This document shows, piece by piece, positions 59,644 through 64,000 of a stretch of DNA of 64,000 nucleotides; the stretch's first letter is position 1; each line of letters opens with the position of its first letter. This DNA comes from Candidatus Nealsonbacteria bacterium (GTDB lineage Bacteria > Patescibacteriota > Minisyncoccia > Minisyncoccales > PWPS01). The stretch covers positions 96,210-160,209 of the forward strand of contig PWHW01000002.1 in the NCBI GenBank assembly GCA_003555075.1, written 5' to 3'. The translations under genes were made by a program, and so were the position numbers. The notes beneath the pieces were generated by a model. That model was not told the DNA's origin. It made no database searches and saw nothing but the letters and a program-made list of their open reading frames with translations.

Positions 59644-60771
59644 ATGGAACCTCTGGCTTCAAAAATAAGACCAAAGAGCTTGGATGATTTTAAAGGGCAA
59701 GAGCATTTGGTGGGAGAAGGGAAACCTCTCAATGTTGCCGTGAAAAAGAAACATCTTTTCTCTTTTATTCTTTGGGGTCCTCCTGGAACGGGTAAGACCA
59801 CCTTGGGAAGGATATATGCAAAAGCTCTCAATGCTAAACTGTATGAGCTTTCCGCTGTTTCGGCGGGAAAAGAGGATATAAAAAAGATAGTTGAGGATGA
59901 TACAAAAGGATCTCCCAAGGTTCTTTTTCTTGATGAGATACATCGTTTCAATAAATCCCAACAAGACTTTTTGCTCCCCTATGTTGAAGAGGGAGAGATA
60001 ACCCTCATAGGGGCCACTACCGAGAATCCCAGCTTTGAGGTCATTTCACCGCTTCTTTCCCGCTGCAAGATCTTTACTTTGAATGAACTATCGGAAGAAG
60101 AAATTTTTTCCATTATAGAGAGAGCGGGATTTGAAATGGAAAAAGAAGCAAAGGACTGGCTTGTTTCCGTGGCGGGAGGTGATGCCAGAAGAGCTGTGAA
60201 TGTTCTCGATGACACTTACAATCTTTACGGCAAGATCACCTTGGAAAACTTAAAAGAAACTCTTCAATCGCAATTCTTAAGATATGACAAGAAGGGGGAG
60301 GAGCACTACAATGTCATTTCAGCTTTTATAAAAAGCATGAGGGCGAGTCAGCCGGATGCTGCATTGTATTATCTTGCGCGCATGATCGAAGCGGGAGAGG
60401 ATCCCAAATTCATTGCAAGAAGAATGGTCATTTTTGCCTCGGAGGATATAGGGCTTGCACAGCCCACGGCATTGGTAGTGGCAAATGATGTTTTTCGGGC
60501 GGTGGAGACCATTGGTCTTCCCGAGTGCGGAATAAATCTTGCTCACGGCACAGCCTATCTTTCAAATTGTAAAAAGGACAGAAGCGCCTATAATGCTTAT
60601 CTTTCCGCAATTAAAGATGTGAAGAGGTATGGCAATCTTCCCGTTCCTCTCATGTTGAGGAATCCCGAGACAAAGCTAATGAAGGAAATGGGTTACGGAG
60701 AGGGTTATGAGAAATATTCCAAAGAAAGCTTTTTACCGGAAAAATTAAAAAGAAAAAGATACCTGGAATAA
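59644..60771 (+). CDS. rarA: Replication-associated recombination protein A
   Basis: PLA..RP, WGPPGTGKT, DEIHRFNKSQQD, ATTENP, SAFIKSMR, ASEDIG. Confidence 0.96.
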   Translation: MEPLASKIRPKSLDDFKGQEHLVGEGKPLNVAVKKKHLFSFILWGPPGTGKTTLGRIYAKALNAKLYELSAVSAGKEDIKKIVEDDTKGSPKVLFLDEIHRFNKSQQDFLLPYVEEGEITLIGATTENPSFEVISPLLSRCKIFTLNELSEEEIFSIIERAGFEMEKEAKDWLVSVAGGDARRAVNVLDDTYNLYGKITLENLKETLQSQFLRYDKKGEEHYNVISAFIKSMRASQPDAALYYLARMIEAGEDPKFIARRMVIFASEDIGLAQPTALVVANDVFRAVETIGLPECGINLAHGTAYLSNCKKDRSAYNAYLSAIKDVKRYGNLPVPLMLRNPETKLMKEMGYGEGYEKYSKESFLPEKLKRKRYLE

Positions 60772-60879
60772 GTGACATTGTTTCTTTTATTGACGAATAA
60801 ATTGCAAAATGTTATTTAAAGAAAACTCTTTATAATGTTCAAGAGTTTGTAGCATAAAATAAAAAAGGAGGTGAGTTCT

Positions 60880-61167
60880 TTGGACAAAATGAAGGTGATC
60901 ATTAAAAACCCAATGAGGGTTTACGACGATCTGCAATTGGCTACGGAAATGGGGCTTCCGAAGGCTGTAGAATATAAATTAAGCAGTGTGGCGGGACATC
61001 CCTTTCTATGCTCTGGCGATAAAGCAAAAGTGCTATCACAGGCAAAGCATAAAGTATTAGGAAAGACAAGAGACGTTTTCTTGATAGAAGTAGAAAGGGA
61101 GGAGAATAAAAAGTTTTGGGCTTTAATTGACCAAGAAGGGATCGAGTTTATTGAGGAGGATGTATAG
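60880..61167 (+). CDS. Hypothetical protein
   Basis: AAAGGAGGTG SD with in-frame TTG. Confidence 0.6.
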   Translation: MDKMKVIIKNPMRVYDDLQLATEMGLPKAVEYKLSSVAGHPFLCSGDKAKVLSQAKHKVLGKTRDVFLIEVEREENKKFWALIDQEGIEFIEEDV

Positions 61168-61170
61168 AGA

Positions 61171-61434
61171 ATGAAAAGAATTTATATAGCTGGTAAAAAG
61201 ACGACAGCAATGACAGCGTTGTATTTGACAGACAATGGTGTAGACATTATAAGTAATGCACGAAACAGAGGTGTTGAGGTTTTCAATATTAAAGTTGCTG
61301 ACGAGATATGGGTTTTACCGGAATGGGAAAGCTCAGAAGAACCCCTCGTAGAGATAGCAAAAGCTAGGCAACTGAGAAAACCCATAAAATTTATAAAAAG
61401 CATCGACCCTTTAAGGTTATCATTTTGTCATTAA
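61171..61434 (+). CDS. DUF4406-like (nucleoside deoxyribosyltransferase-fold) protein, shortened
   Basis: RIYIAG...ADEIWVLPEWESS....EI..A. Confidence 0.55.
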   Translation: MKRIYIAGKKTTAMTALYLTDNGVDIISNARNRGVEVFNIKVADEIWVLPEWESSEEPLVEIAKARQLRKPIKFIKSIDPLRLSFCH

Positions 61435-61510
61435 GGTGGACTGATAGATCTTTCATATCTTCAAGATCTTGAGTGTCAACATTCCGGAGTTACGAAAGGA
61501 GGGATTCAAT

Positions 61511-61579
61511 ATGCGTACGGAATTTGCAAGACCTAAGTTCTTTCTACCCAGAGTAGCAAATTGCTGCGGAGGTTCCTGA
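61511..61579 (+). CDS. 22-aa peptide MRTEFARPKFFLPRVANCCGGS
   Basis: AAAGGAGGG SD 7 nt before ATG; terminator hairpin after. Confidence 0.45.
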   Translation: MRTEFARPKFFLPRVANCCGGS

Positions 61580-61600
61580 CCTCTTTGCAGCAAAAAGCGG

Positions 61601-62720
61601 AGCACAAGCTCCGCTTTTATTTTTTATCACTCCGCCCGGGCGTTTTACTGTGCTTGGCACAGCACATGTCCGTGTATAATGAAGATTGTATTTTGAAAAT
61701 TTTGTATTATAATAAAAAACATGATTATAAAGGAGGGGTTATTTTTGGAAAATATTATTATTCCCGATAAGAAGAAGTTGGAGCACAAAGCGGAAAAAAT
61801 CAAAAAGGAGGGAGCGGATAAGCTCCATTTTTTGTCTGATTTTGACAGGACCCTTACGTACGGTACGATAGGGCGGGAAAAAGTTCCTTCGCTTATCTCC
61901 ATTTTACGGGAAAAGAATTATCTTGACGAAGATTATTCAAAAAGAGCCAAAGAGCTTTTCGCTCGTTACCATCCTTACGAAATTGATACCAACCTTTCAA
62001 GAGAAGAAAAAGTCCGAAAAATGGATGATTGGTGGAGGACTCACAAGAAATTGCTCATTGAGAAAGGAATAAGGAGAGACCACCTCGAGAAATTGGTAAA
62101 GGACGAATCCATAAGGTTTCGCGACAGCGTTCAATTCTTTCTTGAAAGGATAAGCGAAAAAAACATTCCATTTATTGTTTTTTCCGCAAGTGGTTGCGGG
62201 GAAGCCGTGGAGATGTTTTTCGAGGAAATGGGAGTAAAGTATCCCAATATCTATTTTCTCGTCAATCGCTTTAAGTGGGACAACGAGGGAAAGGCGATAG
62301 GTTTTAAAGAACCCTTTATTCATCCCTTTAGCAAGAACGAAAGAACTGTCAAAGAAATGCCCTCTCTCTATGAAAAAGTGAAAGAAAGAAAGAATGTAGT
62401 TCTTTTCGGCGATAGCTTGTCGGATGTGGAAATGATAGAGGGATTTGATCATGACACTCTTCTGAAGGTGGGCTTCCTAAACACGGACTATAACGGAAAA
62501 GATAGGGAAAAGTACGAAGAGGTATAAGACATAGTACTCACAGGTGACACGGACATTAGTGCACTCTATGAAAACCTTTTGGAGGAAATAATATAAAAAT
62601 ATTTTTCAAACAACTTGGCGGCTTCTCAAAGCCGCTTTTTTTATAACAAAACAAAAAATGTTATGTGTGTGCATGAGCCTGTGCTGTGCCTGGCAAAGCA
62701 CAAGCTCCGCTTTTATTTTT
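61601..62720. repeat. 24-bp direct repeat flanking paralog 2 (61601-61624, 62697-62720)
   Basis: AGCACAAGCTCCGCTTTTATTTTT identical at both sites. Confidence 0.8.
61745..62596 (+). pseudogene. UMPH-1-like nucleotidase paralog 2 with premature TAA at 62525-62527
   Basis: Frame continues DIVLTGDTDISALYENLLEEII after the stop, matching the C-terminus of paralog 1. Confidence 0.7.
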
Positions 62721-62767
62721 CATTTACCATCCCCATCTTTTTTGGTATTATAAGGAAAAATTAAACT

Positions 62768-63028
62768 ATGAATAGAAAAGCAAAGAAGATGATATATTAC
62801 GCTTTAACCATGACTTTAGGGCTTCTTTTTGCTTTCCTTTTCCACGCCATAGTGGAATTCTTTTATATCGATTACTCTTTAAGCGAAGGAGTGGCTCCGG
62901 ATCCGGGCGTAGCGGGGCATTTGTGCTATCTGCCGCTTTATATACAAATAATCCTCCCTTTTGCTGGAATCATTGGCGGATATTACCTCGGACGCCAATG
63001 GTGGTATAAAGTTTATGAGGGAAAATAA
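62768..63028 (+). CDS. Small two-TM membrane protein
   Basis: LGLLFAFLFHAIVE...G..WW..VY. Confidence 0.7.
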   Translation: MNRKAKKMIYYALTMTLGLLFAFLFHAIVEFFYIDYSLSEGVAPDPGVAGHLCYLPLYIQIILPFAGIIGGYYLGRQWWYKVYEGK

Positions 63029-63036
63029 AGTTTTTT

Positions 63037-64000
63037 ATGGAGAAGATCAAAATTCCGGAAATCATTTTTAAGTACTCTTGGATTTATGACCAAAACTGGA
63101 AAGCGGTAGGGGAGAGATTATCCATGGAGATTGAGCACCTTTCACAAGAAGACATAAGGGGATACATGAAAAAAGTCGAGAAATCATGGAAAGAGAACGA
63201 GAGGGATATCCTTGAAGAGCTTTCCAAAATAACTTCTTTAAGCTGGAAATCGGAAAGTATTACCTGTTATGTGGTAAAAAGATGTTTTATGCCTTCCGCT
63301 TTTTCCGATCCGCTTACGATCTCGGTACTTACTCACAAGAAAGAGGACGAGTTTGTCGACATTTTAACTCACGAGCTCATTCACCGCCTACTTACCGAGC
63401 CGGGGAGAAGGAGAGAACTTGAAAATTATCATAAATTAAAAGAAGAAAAGTATCCGGGAGAGTCACTTAAAGAAATGCAAGATTATGAGGAAAAACTTAG
63501 GTTGCTGGAAATAGGGGAGGACTCTCTTTCTCGTGCGTTTTCGGCCGAATATACTTTAAATGTAAATATATTAGATGATGGATTCTCTGAAGAAATGATT
63601 CCTTTTACTTCCAGAGGAGAGGTAAAAAGGGTTAATGCATTCATAGAACAAACATCGTTCTTTTTCAAGCCAAACGAAACAAAGAAGGAATTGGCAAAGT
63701 TTTATGCTCCGTCAATAGAAATGAATTTTGAAGAATCAAAAGAAATTCATGAACTTCCATTTTACTCATCTCCAACATCGACCAGTCTTGCCATAGAAAC
63801 ATTCAAAGGAAATGTTGTTGGAAAAATTTTAAATAGTGCAGTAATAGTTGCTGTTGTGCCGGGAGAGCAGTTGAATGTAATTCGAAAAGTTAACTTAAAA
63901 AACAAGACGCTAAGAACAATACTTGCACTTAATGTTTACGAGAAGGAGTATGGAGATCTTCCGGAAGAACTTGAAGAACTTGTTCCCGAATATCTTTCTC
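63037..64000 (+). CDS. HExxH (zincin-like) domain protein, 3' end outside window
   Basis: Frame open from ATG 63037 to window end; FSDPLT, ILTHELIH. Confidence 0.7.
   Translation, partial: MEKIKIPEIIFKYSWIYDQNWKAVGERLSMEIEHLSQEDIRGYMKKVEKSWKENERDILEELSKITSLSWKSESITCYVVKRCFMPSAFSDPLTISVLTHKKEDEFVDILTHELIHRLLTEPGRRRELENYHKLKEEKYPGESLKEMQDYEEKLRLLEIGEDSLSRAFSAEYTLNVNILDDGFSEEMIPFTSRGEVKRVNAFIEQTSFFFKPNETKKELAKFYAPSIEMNFEESKEIHELPFYSSPTSTSLAIETFKGNVVGKILNSAVIVAVVPGEQLNVIRKVNLKNKTLRTILALNVYEKEYGDLPEELEELVPEYLS

Noticed and set aside
1-64000. CRISPR array, integrase/transposase, prophage, stop-codon reassignment
   Set aside because: No regularly spaced repeats or recombinase/phage structural genes seen; conserved genes end normally at TGA/TAA/TAG

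Overview
Gene-dense, AT-rich bacterial chromosome segment (standard code, TGA = stop). The gene content suggests a Patescibacteria/CPR (Parcubacteria-like) genome, by inference from shortened UvrC, Rel and DnaX, a DUF5652-type protein, a membrane-anchored Clp ATPase and SD-less core genes. Positions 1-38 kb are mostly housekeeping: P-type ATPase, pgk, uvrBAC, six tRNAs, rpmG, rel, def, pcm, mltG, rplJL, hsp20 with a CIRCE site, mraZ-rsmH-ftsL-ftsI, rplU, recR, dnaB, cysS and dnaX. After tRNA-Gln (38 kb) the window is largely accessory. The best candidate for a new system is at 41.5-47 kb. It is a three-gene operon encoding a polysaccharide deacetylase-sortase fusion, a processive GT2 synthase and an unannotated 52-aa protein that is essentially only an LPSTG sorting signal, followed by SipW and three TasA-like genes. 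Other notable items: (1) about 23 accessory genes share a strong AAAGGAGG Shine-Dalgarno, mostly non-ATG starts and often a boxA-like motif, while core genes largely lack SD; (2) a candidate sRNA with anti-SD motifs at 50.4 kb; (3) two odd partial sigma-factor fusions; (4) a CTG-start MraZ paralog; (5) a serpin with an acidic reactive loop. All calls come from reading the sequence by eye; no database searches were run.
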